Shown: positions 10,768-21,745, counted from the stretch's first letter. The stretch is 64,000 bases of DNA from a virus (IMGVR_UViG_3300049043_000164:1070-65069); one strand, 5' to 3'. Made by a program: numbers and translations. Notes: a model not told the origin generated them from the sequence alone.

Positions 10768-11225
10768 GAAAGTTTTTCAATAAGCCTTTCGAGATACCAC
10801 TTTGCTTTCATTGCATCACGTTTAGGGTCTTCTTTTTCCCAAAGACGATCCATGTACTTGATGACTTGCCACTGAAGACCACCAATCACAGCATTTGGCG
10901 CAAACTGAACAGCGTCTTCAATTTTATCGATTGTTTCAATTTTCTTTTTTGAGTTGGAATAGTGTGGTGGATGGTTAACCATGTCAACTTTTGGTGTTGG
11001 CATGAAACAGAACTCATCTGTACACCCAGAAAAAACAGTGGGTGGGCTTGAAAACACAATTGAGTCCATTATTGAATCTACCGGCTCAAACCACGTCTTT
11101 TGCGAGATTGTTCCATCTCCTCCTCGTCCACTTCCCCCAGATCCAAAACTAATGCTTTCGGCTTGGGTGATGCTCCCATCGCAAGTCCCTGTTCCATACT
11201 CGGAATGTAACCCGTCATACCACAT
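10764..11225 (-). CDS. DUF3310-domain protein
   Basis: DMVNHPPHY...IETID.IE...KYMDR...KEDP.RD..KAKWYL. Confidence 0.75.
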   Translation of the reverse strand: MWYDGLHSEYGTGTCDGSITQAESISFGSGGSGRGGDGTISQKTWFEPVDSIMDSIVFSSPPTVFSGCTDEFCFMPTPKVDMVNHPPHYSNSKKKIETIDKIEDAVQFAPNAVIGGLQWQVIKYMDRLWEKEDPKRDAMKAKWYLERLIEKLS

Positions 11226-11434
11226 CGTTCTGCTCCTTCAATTTGTAGGTTGGTGCGCTCACGACCTTGTTGTGTAAGCACTAGACCCCTATTGTACATA
11301 TCTTGAAGGGGAACGTCATGTTTTTCGTTGTCCAAAGGCTGACCAAATTCGCTTTCACAAAGACAACGATTGATAACTTCGTCATTAATGACAAATTGAT
11401 TTAAGAATGCATCTGGTGTCATTGCCGCATGCAT
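11078..11434 (-). CDS. hypothetical protein
   Basis: ORF from MHAAMTPD; its 3' part overlaps the DUF3310 ORF. Confidence 0.4.
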   Translation of the reverse strand: MHAAMTPDAFLNQFVINDEVINRCLCESEFGQPLDNEKHDVPLQDMYNRGLVLTQQGRERTNLQIEGAERCGMTGYIPSMEQGLAMGASPKPKALVLDLGEVDEEEMEQSRKRRGLSR

Positions 11435-11473
11435 CGTTATTTTCCTCGGGTTTCCTTCATTTAAAATAATATC

Positions 11474-11866
11474 ATGGCAAGATTTTTCGACCCCACCTAT
11501 AATACTGGACAACGTTCTGGCACTTCGGGCGCTGAAGTCTCAGATTTAAATCCAGAACAGGCTTATGACACAGATATAAGGCGTCTTGACGAAGAAGAGA
11601 GACGTATCGCTGATGAAGTTGATATTCGTAACACTAGACAACAAGACCGTGTAGCAAAATTTATGGCAGCAGCAAAGACTGCTGGGGCGTATAGACAAAG
11701 AGCCTCTATTGATGAGCCACAGATCAGGGGTAGGACGCCCAGGAACGAGGCAATTCTTGACGGTGTAGCCCTACCAAGCCAAGGCGATACTGCGGGGCCT
11801 ACAGGAGCCGTTAGTTACGCACGTAAGCCCCAACGATTTTCTGGTACCTTTAGAAGCTTTGGTTAA
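11474..11866 (+). CDS. hypothetical protein
   Basis: 130 aa ORF with TAAAAT upstream. Confidence 0.6.
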   Translation: MARFFDPTYNTGQRSGTSGAEVSDLNPEQAYDTDIRRLDEEERRIADEVDIRNTRQQDRVAKFMAAAKTAGAYRQRASIDEPQIRGRTPRNEAILDGVALPSQGDTAGPTGAVSYARKPQRFSGTFRSFG

Positions 11867-12450
11867 ACTTTACTGAAGACAACCTCCTTAGGTTGATCTT
11901 GATATTTGCCTTTACGCATTTTATAATTCACTTCACATTTTTCTCCACGAAAAAAGAGAAGTTGACAGATTCCTTCGTTGGCATAGATACGATTAAATAA
12001 TCCAGTGCAGTTACTGATCTCCAATGTTAAGTGTCCCGCCCACGTAGACTCTGCCGGAGTAATGTTTGCAAGAATTCCCGATCGAGCATATGTGCTCTTT
12101 CCAACTGCAACAACAGTTACGTCTTCTGGAAGATCTAGATATTCTTCTGCAACACCTAGGCAGTAACCATATGGAGGCAAAAGAAAGTACTGTCCTTTTT
12201 CATCTTCTAGCAACTCTGCTGAACGAAGAATGTTTTGATCAAAATCTTTAGGATCACAATCGCCTGATTGCGTGCGACCAAAAATTAAACATTGTTTAGG
12301 CGATAAGCGAATATCATACCCATAGGAACTAAGTCCATAGCTCAGTAATTTACGTCCATTGCTTTCATTGACAAGGTGATCCTGGAATGGCTGGATCATT
12401 CCTCGTGTAATTGAAAGTTCTTTGATTTCACGATCAGAGAGAATGCTCAT
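11863..12450 (-). CDS. dcd: dCTP deaminase
   Basis: LSDREI...LSYGLSSYGYDIRL...GKSTYARSG...TLEISN...IYANEGICQLLF...GKYQDQ. Confidence 0.95.
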   Translation of the reverse strand: MSILSDREIKELSITRGMIQPFQDHLVNESNGRKLLSYGLSSYGYDIRLSPKQCLIFGRTQSGDCDPKDFDQNILRSAELLEDEKGQYFLLPPYGYCLGVAEEYLDLPEDVTVVAVGKSTYARSGILANITPAESTWAGHLTLEISNCTGLFNRIYANEGICQLLFFRGEKCEVNYKMRKGKYQDQPKEVVFSKV

Positions 12451-12483
12451 AAATTCAACTGAAGCCTTAAGATCTTAGCTTGT

Positions 12484-13078
12484 TTAAATAAGAATGCGAC
12501 CCATTTCGCCATAAACTTCAACAAAATGTTGTCTTGCATCTTCTACATTTCTTTTGGGTTGTAAAAATATTGCAAACGAAGTGCAGGTAGTACGTGTTTT
12601 GATTTTACCCGTGTGATAAAAATGTTGCGTTAACATTGGCCGAGTCCTAAAAATACAGATGGGATGATCAAATATATCTTGACAATACATAAACATGTCT
12701 GGTGCGTTGGCAAAATAAATACCCTGTTCTACCTCCCCAGATAACCATTTTCTTTTCAGTGTTCTCCACCAAATTGAATAACTAGAAGTCAACGTAGGAG
12801 ACAATCCACGTGTCATTTTCCAGCGTTGAGATTTGTTGTGCCAAAAATAAGAGTGTTTTGGTGGAAATAGATAAACATTTCCAAACCATTCTTGTTCATT
12901 TAACCCGTCTTCAAACGGAGTGTAATAATTTTTTGCATTCGACATATTCGTTTGCTTTAGCTGAACTAGCTGGATCCAAATCAATGCCACCCATTACAAG
13001 ATGAGCAGAGTCAATCATGTCTCTCGAACTGATCCACTCATAGTCTTCAACCGAGTTATTCCCAAGAAAAGCTGGCAT
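12484..13078 (-). CDS. phage Dam-like N6-adenine methyltransferase homologue (frameshifted, atypical motif IV)
   Basis: Upstream frame reads EW...MGGIDLDPASSAKAN; listed ORF reads YYT..EDGL..EWFGNVYLFPP. Confidence 0.6.
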
Positions 13079-13464
13079 TAGGACTCAGACACCTTGTTGT
13101 AATCAATAGCAAGAAAACGAATTCCATCTTTATCATTCAAGATGTAACCAGCGCCTTCTTCTGGGTCAATTTTTTGTGCAGCTTGAAGAATGCGTCTAAA
13201 AGTTTCAGCAAGATCACCATTATTTTCTCGTTCACACTCCTCTTGTGCACTGTTAAGTTCTTTCAATGTTAAATAAAACATTGATTTTTCAACTTGTTCA
13301 GGCTGAAAACACATTACTCCAGGCCCTTCAGTCTCCCAGAATTTAGTAAACATTTGTCCCATGTCGCCAAGAATTAATTTAAGTGTCGTATCTAGCATTT
13401 TTGCTTTATCTTGATCAAGCTCTGGACCAATCACAGAGGCAATCAGTTTTTCGCGTCGGCTCAT
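13078..13464 (-). CDS. hypothetical protein
   Basis: 128 aa ORF translationally coupled to its neighbours. Confidence 0.6.
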   Translation of the reverse strand: MSRREKLIASVIGPELDQDKAKMLDTTLKLILGDMGQMFTKFWETEGPGVMCFQPEQVEKSMFYLTLKELNSAQEECERENNGDLAETFRRILQAAQKIDPEEGAGYILNDKDGIRFLAIDYNKVSES

Positions 13465-13922
13465 TTCTTTATCAATCCTTGACGAACTAGGGTTTCCCGC
13501 ATTTTAGGTAGCGGTTGGTAAATAACGACAAGTTTTCCGAGAATTCCTCGTTTTTTAATTAGTTTACCGCTATCGTCGCGAAGTTTATCAAATTCTCCAG
13601 CTCTAATTAAATATTCAGCTACACATCTTAATCTACGTTTCAAAGGTAAATCTGCATTTGGGAATTTACCACAAATGGTATCTGGTCCCATATCTTGGAA
13701 TGCAACACGCAATCTATTTGCTAACGTCATAGCAAAAGTAGGATCTTCTTCTTCATAATTTTTTAAGTTTTCCAGGTATCTACGCAAGATAAAAGTATCA
13801 AAAGACCCAGAAGGCGGCAAAAAAATTTCTATTTGTACCGAAAGAGAAGCAGGAAGTAAATCCGCAAAGTTTTCTATTGTCACATCTTCTATTGACCAGC
13901 CGTCAAATCGGTGTGTCATCAC
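13461..13922 (-). CDS. hypothetical protein
   Basis: 153 aa ORF with 4-nt overlaps on both sides. Confidence 0.6.
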   Translation of the reverse strand: MMTHRFDGWSIEDVTIENFADLLPASLSVQIEIFLPPSGSFDTFILRRYLENLKNYEEEDPTFAMTLANRLRVAFQDMGPDTICGKFPNADLPLKRRLRCVAEYLIRAGEFDKLRDDSGKLIKKRGILGKLVVIYQPLPKMRETLVRQGLIKK

Positions 13923-14407
13923 AACTCCTCTGTAATATTCGGATCATCAAAGTCAGGAGTCTTGGGAACAGAAGGGTTAGGAATGTGAGAGTCCTTTTCT
14001 TCTCGGATTTGAGAGCTATACTTGACAACATCTTTCTCCATGAAACTCTTGTAACTTGGAACGGTATCCTTTGTAAAACTTTGTATCAAATTATTCCAAG
14101 GGATGCGAATAATTTGTTTATTTCCACCGACAGGACTGATATTAATGTAGTGTAAACCGTACACCCAACCAGAATCAGGTCGTTTTTTTCCTGTAAGAAT
14201 CCAGTTTCTAATTGTTTGATCAGATACGCCCAGTCTTCGGGCGCATTCATCAGTAGAAATGTATTCGTCTGCGTAAACTTCGGGGTTGATGTGGTCCGTT
14301 TCTCCGTCTTTATACCGTGAATGCCACATGCTTGAAAGGATATTTCTGATCCCTTTCAATTCGTGTGCAATGTCTAACAAACCTTTTCTTAATCCTTGGG
14401 TCATCAC
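13919..14407 (-). CDS. HTH DNA-binding protein
   Basis: YISTDECARRLGVSDQTIRNWI. Confidence 0.75.
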   Translation of the reverse strand: MMTQGLRKGLLDIAHELKGIRNILSSMWHSRYKDGETDHINPEVYADEYISTDECARRLGVSDQTIRNWILTGKKRPDSGWVYGLHYINISPVGGNKQIIRIPWNNLIQSFTKDTVPSYKSFMEKDVVKYSSQIREEKDSHIPNPSVPKTPDFDDPNITEEL

Positions 14408-14452
14408 AACAATTACTCTGTTTAGATGCTAGTCTTTTTGTAAACGTTTTGC

Positions 14453-14805
14453 ATGATTATGGAAGACCAAATTCCTTCCAGTATTCCTCCTCAACAATTT
14501 CCTGGTCAAATCACGCCAGAAACTTTAGAGCAGATGAAGCAACAAGCCAGAGAACTTGCTGTTGCTCAATACTTTGCACAGCAGCAGCAACCACAAAAAA
14601 ACAAGTATATCAAATTTCAGAACCAATTACGGAACAAATTGCTTCTCCTTTTGAACAGCCTAAAGTTATTTACGTTAGGCGTAATCTGACTATTGCCGAA
14701 CTTTTGTTGATTCTTTGTATTTCGACTGGACTTGTAACAGGCATTCAATTTGTCTGGAAATTTGCTTCTGAAAACCTTCCGAGAATTGAGATTAGGGTAA
14801 AATAA
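14453..14805 (+). CDS. membrane-anchored hypothetical protein (frameshifted)
   Basis: Q/P-rich N-terminus (14453..) joins a hydrophobic segment ELLLILCISTGLVTGIQFVW. Confidence 0.45.
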
Positions 14806-14858
14806 GTTTTTAAAATTGTGCCGATTATAATCATAGGTAACGCACTGGTTTGATATAG

Positions 14859-16668
14859 GTGGCAAATAGAAGGATTACGGAACTGCCCTCAATTCAGGGC
14901 GCATCGTTGGCAGAGGACGACTTGCTGACGATTGTTCACGTATTCGAAGTTGACCCAACCCTTAAAAATAAAAAAATTACTTTAACTGAATTTACAAACT
15001 ATCTAAATACAAAATATTTAACTTTTACAGGCGGCGTCTTAACGGGACCGTTTGTTGATCAATAGTAACCTTGAGGTTACTGGTACAACTACTCTTGGTG
15101 CCACCAATGTCAATGGTGCTGCTAATTTCAATGTTGTTTTTGTACAAAACAATTTAACTGTCACTGGGACAATCAGCGGTACCACACTGACTGGAACTAA
15201 TGTAAACGCTACAAATGGAACGTTTCAAACACTAACCACCAGTGGACATAATATTCAAAATAATTTAACTGTCAGTGGAACTTTATTTGCACGCGGTAAT
15301 TCTTTCTTTACGTCTGGCGTAACGGTAAGTGGCACCTTAACAGGAACAACCATTACTGGTACCACGGGCCAATTCAGTACTATTACCGGAAATACAGCAG
15401 GATTTACAACTGTAACTGGTACAACCATCACTGGAACAACAGCCAACTTCCAATCTGGTGTTTTTACTAGTCAGGTTTCTGGGACCCTTGTAACTGGAAG
15501 TCTTGGTGGTTTTGAAAATGTTGTTGCTGTTAGTGGTACATTTACCGATCGGATTTCCGGCGCAACAATTACTGGCAACACAGTAAGTGCAACAACAGGA
15601 ACTTTTGGAACCCTGGTCACCAGTGGACACACCGTTCAAAATAACTTAACTGTTTCAGGTAATCTCTCTGTACTTGGATCTGGATTCTTTTCGTCAGGCG
15701 TTAATATCAGTGGAACTTTAAGTGGAGTAACGGTTACAGGAACTACTTCTAATTTCACTTCAGGTGTTTTTACTCTGTTAAGCGGCACGGTTATTACAGG
15801 CGATACAGCAGGATTTACAACTATTACCGGTACTACGGTTACTGGTACAACCGCCAACTTTGTGTCAGGAGTCTTTACTGGTCAAGTTTCAGGCGCCACA
15901 ATTACTGGAAATACTGGACGATTCACGCAACTATCTGGAATCTCCGGAGTGTTCACCTCTCAAGTTTCTGGCGCAACCATCACTGGAAACTTAATTCAAG
16001 GCACAAATATTACAGGTACTGCCGGTGGTTTTACGACTCTAACCGGTACAACAATTACAGGTGTTACTGCTAATTTTCAATCTGGTGTTTTTACTACTCA
16101 GATTTCTGGTGCAACCATTACCGGAAATACAGGTCAATTTACGACGTTAACTGGTCAATCTGCTGGATTTAATAGTATTACCGGAGTTACAATTACCGGC
16201 GGAACAATTACTTTTCAAACGATTAGTGGTGCAAGTGGCATATTCACTTCACAGATAAGCGGCAATACAATCACTGGTAATACTATTAACAGCACCACAT
16301 CTACTAGTGTTTCTGGTGTTTTTACAACCCAAGTTTCTGGTCAAACGATTACCGGAAACATCATTAGAGCTACTTCAGGTGTTTTTCAATTTTTACAAGC
16401 TGCAAACCAAAGCTTTTCTGGAGATTTCACTTTCTCTGGTAATACTTTTACTCTTGGATCTGGATTTTTTGGTTCTGGTATAAGTGTTACAGGAACAGTT
16501 TCCGGTCAAACAATTACAGGAACCGCAGGTTTATTCACAAACATAACAGGACAAACTCTTCACATTACGCAACCTTCTGGTTCAACAGTAGCAATTACAT
16601 GTTCAGGTGTTGTTTCTGGTAGCACGAGTGGATTTATTATTAAAGGACCACTGATTATTCTGCCTTAA
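14859..16668 (+). CDS. tail fibre-like protein with Thr/Gly/Ser repeats (frameshift near 15055)
   Basis: MANRRITELP...DDLL.IV tail-attachment-like N-terminus followed by many SGATITGNT / SGVFT repeats. Confidence 0.75.
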
Positions 16669-17040
16669 TACCTAAAGTAAAATAATAAAAGAAAAAAAGG
16701 ACTGTCATGCCGTACGGAATTATTAAAGTTGAGACCATAACGTTTACAGACGGTGGTGTTGATAAAAGCGTTCAAATTTCCGGATTAGTTCAAAATCCAA
16801 CTTTTAGCGGCAATGTAACCTGCACCGGAACCATTTCAGGTGTAACAATTACGGGATCTGTTGCTCAATTCACAACAATTACTGGAAGCGCCGCAGGGTT
16901 TACTACTGTAACAGGAACTACGGTCACTGGCACCACTGCAAACTTTGTCTCAGGTGTATTTACTACTCAGATTTCTGGCGCAACCATTACCGGAAATACA
17001 GGTCAATTTACAAACTTAACTGGTCAATCTGCGGGATTTA
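16084..17040 (+). repeat. near-identical ~87-nt direct repeat shared by the two fibre genes (16084-16170 and 16953-17039)
   Basis: ggtgtttttactactcagatttctggtgcaaccattaccggaaatacaggtcaattt versus ggtgtatttactactcagatttctggcgcaaccattaccggaaatacaggtcaattt. Confidence 0.85.
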
Positions 17041-17735
17041 CAACTGTTACTGGTACTACCATTACAGGCGCAACTATTAACGCTGTTTCAGGTGTATTTA
17101 CTTCACGGATTTCCGGTGCAACAATTACTGGTAACACAGCAGGATTTACAACTGTTACTGGTACTACTATTACCGGCTCAACCGTTAACGCTGTTTCAGG
17201 TGTATTTACAACAAGTGTTTCTGGTGCCACACTGATTGGTAATTTAGTTACATGTAATAGTGGAAATTTTGCTTCTGGATTAATTACTACTGGCGTAATT
17301 CAATCTACAACGGGTGGCTTTAGGTTTCCAGATGGAACAACACAAACCAGTGCAGCAACAACAACGGCAAACGTTGCAACAACAACAGGAATCAATACGT
17401 TTAGTGCTGCTCAACGAGGAACAATTATTATTCAATCTTATGCAACTGGCATTGCATTAGATTTTAGCTCTGGAAATTACTTTCAAATCACATTAACTGG
17501 AACAACTGTTTTACAAAACCCAACAAACGTTGCTTCTGGTCAAGCAGGAGTTGTTACAATTATTCAAGGAAGTTCAGGAAACACAATGTCTTTTGGAAGT
17601 AATTGGCATTACCCAGGAGGTTCGGGCAATACACCTTCTTTAACCACAACAAGTGGAGCTGTCGACTTGCTTGTATATTACACAAGAAGTACTACAAGTA
17701 TTGGTTATAGGCTAATTCAAGACATTAAGGCTTGA
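16707..17735 (+). CDS. tail fibre-like protein, paralogue of the upstream gene
   Basis: Same SGVFT/SGATITG repeats; GGFRFPDGTTQT; C-terminal LDFSSGNYF.ITL...NPTN...GQAG...FGSNW..PGG...PSLT...AVDLL domain typical of phage fibres. Confidence 0.8.
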   Translation: MPYGIIKVETITFTDGGVDKSVQISGLVQNPTFSGNVTCTGTISGVTITGSVAQFTTITGSAAGFTTVTGTTVTGTTANFVSGVFTTQISGATITGNTGQFTNLTGQSAGFTTVTGTTITGATINAVSGVFTSRISGATITGNTAGFTTVTGTTITGSTVNAVSGVFTTSVSGATLIGNLVTCNSGNFASGLITTGVIQSTTGGFRFPDGTTQTSAATTTANVATTTGINTFSAAQRGTIIIQSYATGIALDFSSGNYFQITLTGTTVLQNPTNVASGQAGVVTIIQGSSGNTMSFGSNWHYPGGSGNTPSLTTTSGAVDLLVYYTRSTTSIGYRLIQDIKA

Positions 17736-17881
17736 TTTGATATGTCGATCTTAAATACTGCAGTAAATTTATTAATGGGTCCTCCCCTGGGACCACCGGA
17801 TACTCTATTCCTAGATCTTTACGATTCAATAGTAGTGACAGTGGTTACGAGCCTCAAGAAACTGTCAATCGCATCCGCAAG

Positions 17882-18394
17882 ATGCCTCCACTCAGCTTCT
17901 TTCAAGAGCGACTGGAATACAACGCGGAGACTGGTGAGTTCACTTGGTTGGGGGATTTCAATGCCAAGCGCGTTGGTCGGAGGGCTGGTACGACTGTTGG
18001 GGTCAAGGGCTACAGAACAATTACAATCAAAAAGCGCCGCTTTTACGAGCACCGGATTGCGTGGTACATGATGACCGGCGAAGATCCTACGAGTTTTGAA
18101 ATTGATCACATTAACGGTGACAAAACTGACAACCGTTTTTGTAACCTGCGGCTTGCCACCAGTCAAACAAACAAGGCTAACTGCAAGTTGACTGCAAGCA
18201 ACAGTTCTGGCTTCAAGGGAGTTCATGCCCGTGGATCTCGCTGGATCGCTGGCATTACTCATAACCGCAAAATGATTCACATCGGCATGTTCAAAACTGC
18301 AGAAGAGGCTGCTCGTGCTTACGACGCCAAAGCCGTCGAACTTTTTGGTGAATACGCTTTGACAAACGCTCAACTGCAGGAGGTGGCAGCATGA
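17882..18394 (+). CDS. HNH-AP2 homing endonuclease
   Basis: HRIAW...IDHINGDKTDNRFCNLR...N..N...SSGFKGV...W.A.I...IGMF.TAEEAARAYD..A..LFGEYA. Confidence 0.9.
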   Translation: MPPLSFFQERLEYNAETGEFTWLGDFNAKRVGRRAGTTVGVKGYRTITIKKRRFYEHRIAWYMMTGEDPTSFEIDHINGDKTDNRFCNLRLATSQTNKANCKLTASNSSGFKGVHARGSRWIAGITHNRKMIHIGMFKTAEEAARAYDAKAVELFGEYALTNAQLQEVAA

Positions 18395-20844
18395 CTATTC
18401 CAGGAAGCGCAAATCCCCTGCTCTTGACAGCCGCCGCAACTGCGGGAGGCTATTCAATTTCTCGATCCTTGCGGTTCAATTCCGCAGACTCGGCGTATTT
18501 GTCCCGCACCCCGGCATCGGCGGGCAACAGGAAGACCTGGACCTATTCACTCTGGTTTAAGCTGGGGAGTATCACTGGATATCAATACTTTATTTCTGCT
18601 AACAATCCGTCTGGCTGGGGGTACGAGTTTCGACATTCTCCAGATGGACAATAACGCCTCCACAATAGTCTTTATTGGCTATAACGGATCTTCTGGTGAT
18701 TGGCTTCTAAGTTACTACGGCGGTTTTCAGAGATCCATTCTGCATGGCAGCACTTTGTTATCGCATTCGACACAACTCAAGCAACTGCGTCAGATCGTGT
18801 CTAAATGGTGGCATAACGGAAACCTGCTAAATCTTGATCGTCAGTGGCTACACAACCTATCCAGCACTCAATGCTGACTCAATGGATTAACAACACAGTA
18901 AGTCAAAGGATGTTCAGATCAGAGCCTATGGGCTTATTCTGGCTACCTCGCCGACATCTACTTCATCGACGGCCAAGCGCTAACCCCCACCAGCTTCGGT
19001 GAGATTTGACGCCAACGGCATCTGGCAGCCCAAGGCATACACCGGGCACCTACGGCACCAACGGCTTCCACCTGCCGATTTCGCGGATAACAGCAGCAGC
19101 AACCGCCACCACATTAGGGAAGGACACTTCTGGCAACGGCAATAACTGGACGCCAAACAATCTCAGCGTCACCGCAGGTGCAGGCAACGACTCCCTCGTA
19201 GACTCCCCCACTAATGGCACCGCATCCAGCGGCGGCGATGCTGGTGGAACCGTGGTGGGGAATTATGCGACGTTGAATCCGTTAGATAAAATCCTCCTCA
19301 GTTACACTCGCAAACGGAAATCTTGACGCATCATCAACAGCACTAGGTGAGCATCGAGCCCGTGGAACGATTGCCTATCCGGTGTCTGGCAAAGTGGTCG
19401 AGGAAGATTAACCTGCAGGCTCAACATTTGCTGGCTATGTCGGTATCGCCGTAGCGCCAGGGAGCGCCTCTGACAACTGGAGCCGGGCGCACAAACATAT
19501 GGGTACAACGAGGGCGGCAACTTTTATGTAAACGGAAGCCCGCAAGGAACGCTGTTTGCGTCATTTACCACAAACGACGTTATCGGCGTAGCCGTAGATA
19601 TAGACGCTTTAACTATTGCTTTTTACAAGAACGGAACGCAAACCGGGAATTCGCAAAGCATCAGCGGTTCATATACATACTTCCCGCTGGCAAACGCGCA
19701 GAACGGAACTTTTATTTTCAACTTTGGCCAGCGTGCGTTCGCCAGGTCAGGTGGTGCCCCCGCAGGGTTCGAGTCTCGACACCGCCAACCTGCACCACGC
19801 ACAACGATCCTGGCGGGCAGTACGGCGTTTGACACCAAGCTCTACACCGGCAACGGCAGCGCCCAGACGATGAGTGGGCTTGCCTTCTCGCCTGACTTTT
19901 CGTGGTTTAAGGCCAGAAGCGCTGCATACGATCATCAGCTTTCGACCGTTATGCGTGGCGTCATGCAACGTACTTTTCATAGCAACCTGACCAGCGCAGA
20001 GAGCACTCTTAATACGGCTTACTGCTACAACGTCTGACGGGTTTACCGCCAGCGGCGCACCGTATGCAGGAACAAACGGAAGATGGCACCGCGTTCTGCT
20101 CGCCTGGTGCTGGGACGCGGGGAGTTCAACCGTCACCAGCACCGGCAGCATCGCATTCTACGGCGATGGGCGAACGCTAGTGCGGGGTTATCGATTGTTA
20201 GCCGGACCTCCACCAGTTCTCGTGCAACCATTGGCCATGGTCTTGGGGCTGACACCGTGTGTGATTATGTACCGGAGGAAGAAGCGGATCAGCACCAACG
20301 GGCCACATATCGCGATTACCGCCGGTTGGAGGCCACAAATGACTTGTATTTGAACTCCACTGATGCCGCTACTACCTACAGCGGTTCCCGGAATGATACG
20401 GCCACCGCCAAGCAGCTGGTGTCAGCAGCGGGATCGAGACGCTATCTTTACAACAAATGGACGAGCTAGGATTTCGCCGTACTGCTCGCCAGCGGTACTT
20501 GCCACACACCGCCGCCCAATGGGGTGCCGACCAGGAGCTGAGGCATGGTCAGTGGTTCAATAGTGACTAGGCTCTGGCAATAGAAATGGCTCGATCGCAG
20601 CTTCGTGGAGACTCGTATAACATCCGCAAGACCGCCGATGTCATTGCGCCGCGCCTAAGCGCCGCACGAGCATTGAACGGCGAGCTTATGCGCTGGACTG
20701 CTACTGGAACACTTCATTCTGATGGCCTGTCATAATGAGCGAACAAGCCAGCGCTACCGAGACACTGCGCATGAGAACTAACATCTATGCCGCCTTGGCG
20801 CACTGAAAGAGCGCGCCTTCTCCCATCGGCCGCCACCCCACTAG
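18391..20844 (+). CDS. tail fibre/receptor-binding protein with LamG- and SPRY-like segments, heavily frameshifted
   Basis: MTIPGSANPLLL...YSISRSLRFNSADSAYLSRTPASAGNRKTWT; TYGTNGFHL; GKDTSGNGNNWTPNN...DSLVDSPTN...NYATLNPL. The 3' half is too degraded to reconstruct. Confidence 0.65.
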
Positions 20845-20856
20845 CGAAACACACTA

Positions 20857-21048
20857 ATGACTACAACTACCAGCGACCTTCTTGAAAAACTATCTGACGC
20901 ATGGTGTAATGCTTTGCAGTCGGATCTAGAGCACGGTGTTAGTTGCTTAAATGCAAGGGCCGCCACTGAGTTCCATCAGGAACTACAAAGCAATCTCAGC
21001 GTTGAAGAGATGCTTAATGACCTTTACATCGAGTATTGCGATGACTGA
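20857..21048 (+). CDS. hypothetical protein (cassette gene)
   Basis: ATG overlaps the right arm of the dyad site at 20841-20857; W..ALQSDLEHGV..LN motif. Confidence 0.5.
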   Translation: MTTTTSDLLEKLSDAWCNALQSDLEHGVSCLNARAATEFHQELQSNLSVEEMLNDLYIEYCDD

Positions 21049-21293
21049 ACTTTCACCAGCAGCGCAGGCCATTTGGGAAGCGTTCAACGAAGACGAAGCT
21101 GGCGTCTTTGTTGGATTACGGCGACAAGCTGGCCGCCGCCCTTGAGGCGCTGGCTGATCAGGTGGTGCCGCAACCGCCGATGATCGTCGAAGGCGGGCGG
21201 AATTACGAACAAGCGTGGACGGCAACGGTTCAAGAATCCATCCGTTCCAAAATCCTTACCATCGCCGCCGAGTTGCGTGGCACACCCTCGTAG
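21041..21293 (+). CDS. small phage protein, MTELSPAAQA...IAAEL type (frameshifted)
   Basis: MTELSPAAQAIWEAF joins LAAALEALADQVVP...ILTIAAELRG; stop TAG lies inside the site at 21290. Confidence 0.55.
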
Positions 21294-21312
21294 ACGCTTC
21301 CACTAATTGCCC

Positions 21313-21548
21313 ATGACGCAGCAACTTATCACCTGCAGCCAAAGGCGTTCTTGAAAGAGCGATGGAGTTTTCCGGACCAGAGGCTTGAACCCGTAGAAGA
21401 CCCGTCAAATGCATGTGGCGAAGCAATTCGTTATGCTGTAGCTCACACTCAGCAGTATCAAGGAACAGACTGCTTTGCTACATGAGGCATGGACCTGCGA
21501 TGCGGACGAACGTCCTGGCCATTGCAGATGAGCTTGAAGCGCCAGTAG
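21313..21548 (+). CDS. paralogous small phage protein (degraded)
   Basis: Starts MTQQL and ends ...VLAIADELEA; TAG in the site at 21545 is the inferred stop, assuming an indel. Confidence 0.35.
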
Positions 21549-21562
21549 TCACCCTCACTTAT

Positions 21563-21745
21563 ATGCACGAAGAAATTACACCAGAAGAAAATGAACGCCG
21601 CTTCCAAGCCTGCCTTGAACAGATCCGCAAACTTACCAGGGAGGATCTTGTTAAGCTAATGGGTAAGGAGTGGGTTGAAGATTATCGCCGCCGGTTCCAG
21701 TACGTCATTGCCACTACAAAATGGGCATTTCGTATTCTTGGGTAA
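21563..21745 (+). CDS. hypothetical protein (cassette gene)
   Basis: MHEEITPEENERRFQ...; ATG 1 nt after the site at 21545; the true stop is probably at the 21700 site. Confidence 0.45.
   Translation: MHEEITPEENERRFQACLEQIRKLTREDLVKLMGKEWVEDYRRRFQYVIATTKWAFRILG

Larger units (their letters stand above)
17832..21717. mobile_element. GC-rich cassette-like block bounded and punctuated by dyad sites, adjacent to a tyrosine recombinase
   Basis: Sites GTAGT-GACAGTG-GTTAC (17832), CTAGC-GAAACAC-ACTAA (20841), GTAGA-CGCTTCC-ACTAA (21290), GTAGT-CACCCTC-ACTTA (21545), GTA(C)GT-CATTGCC-ACTAC (21700); base composition shifts at the outer sites. Confidence 0.55.

Noticed and set aside
16084-17040. Fibre-gene repeat pair as a diversity-generating retroelement TR/VR
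   Set aside because: Differences are not adenine-specific, both copies are internal coding repeats, and no reverse transcriptase is in the window
15255-17230. Antisense Val/Pro-rich ORFs over the fibre genes (15255..15446, 15636..15857, 17024..17230)
   Set aside because: Shadow frames of the Thr/Gly repeats
17819-18373. 184-aa - strand ORF
   Set aside because: Antisense shadow of the HNH-AP2 gene in GC-rich DNA
21437-21452. GTAGCTCACACT as a sixth recombination site
   Set aside because: Spacer too short and not at a gene junction; lies in a noisy region
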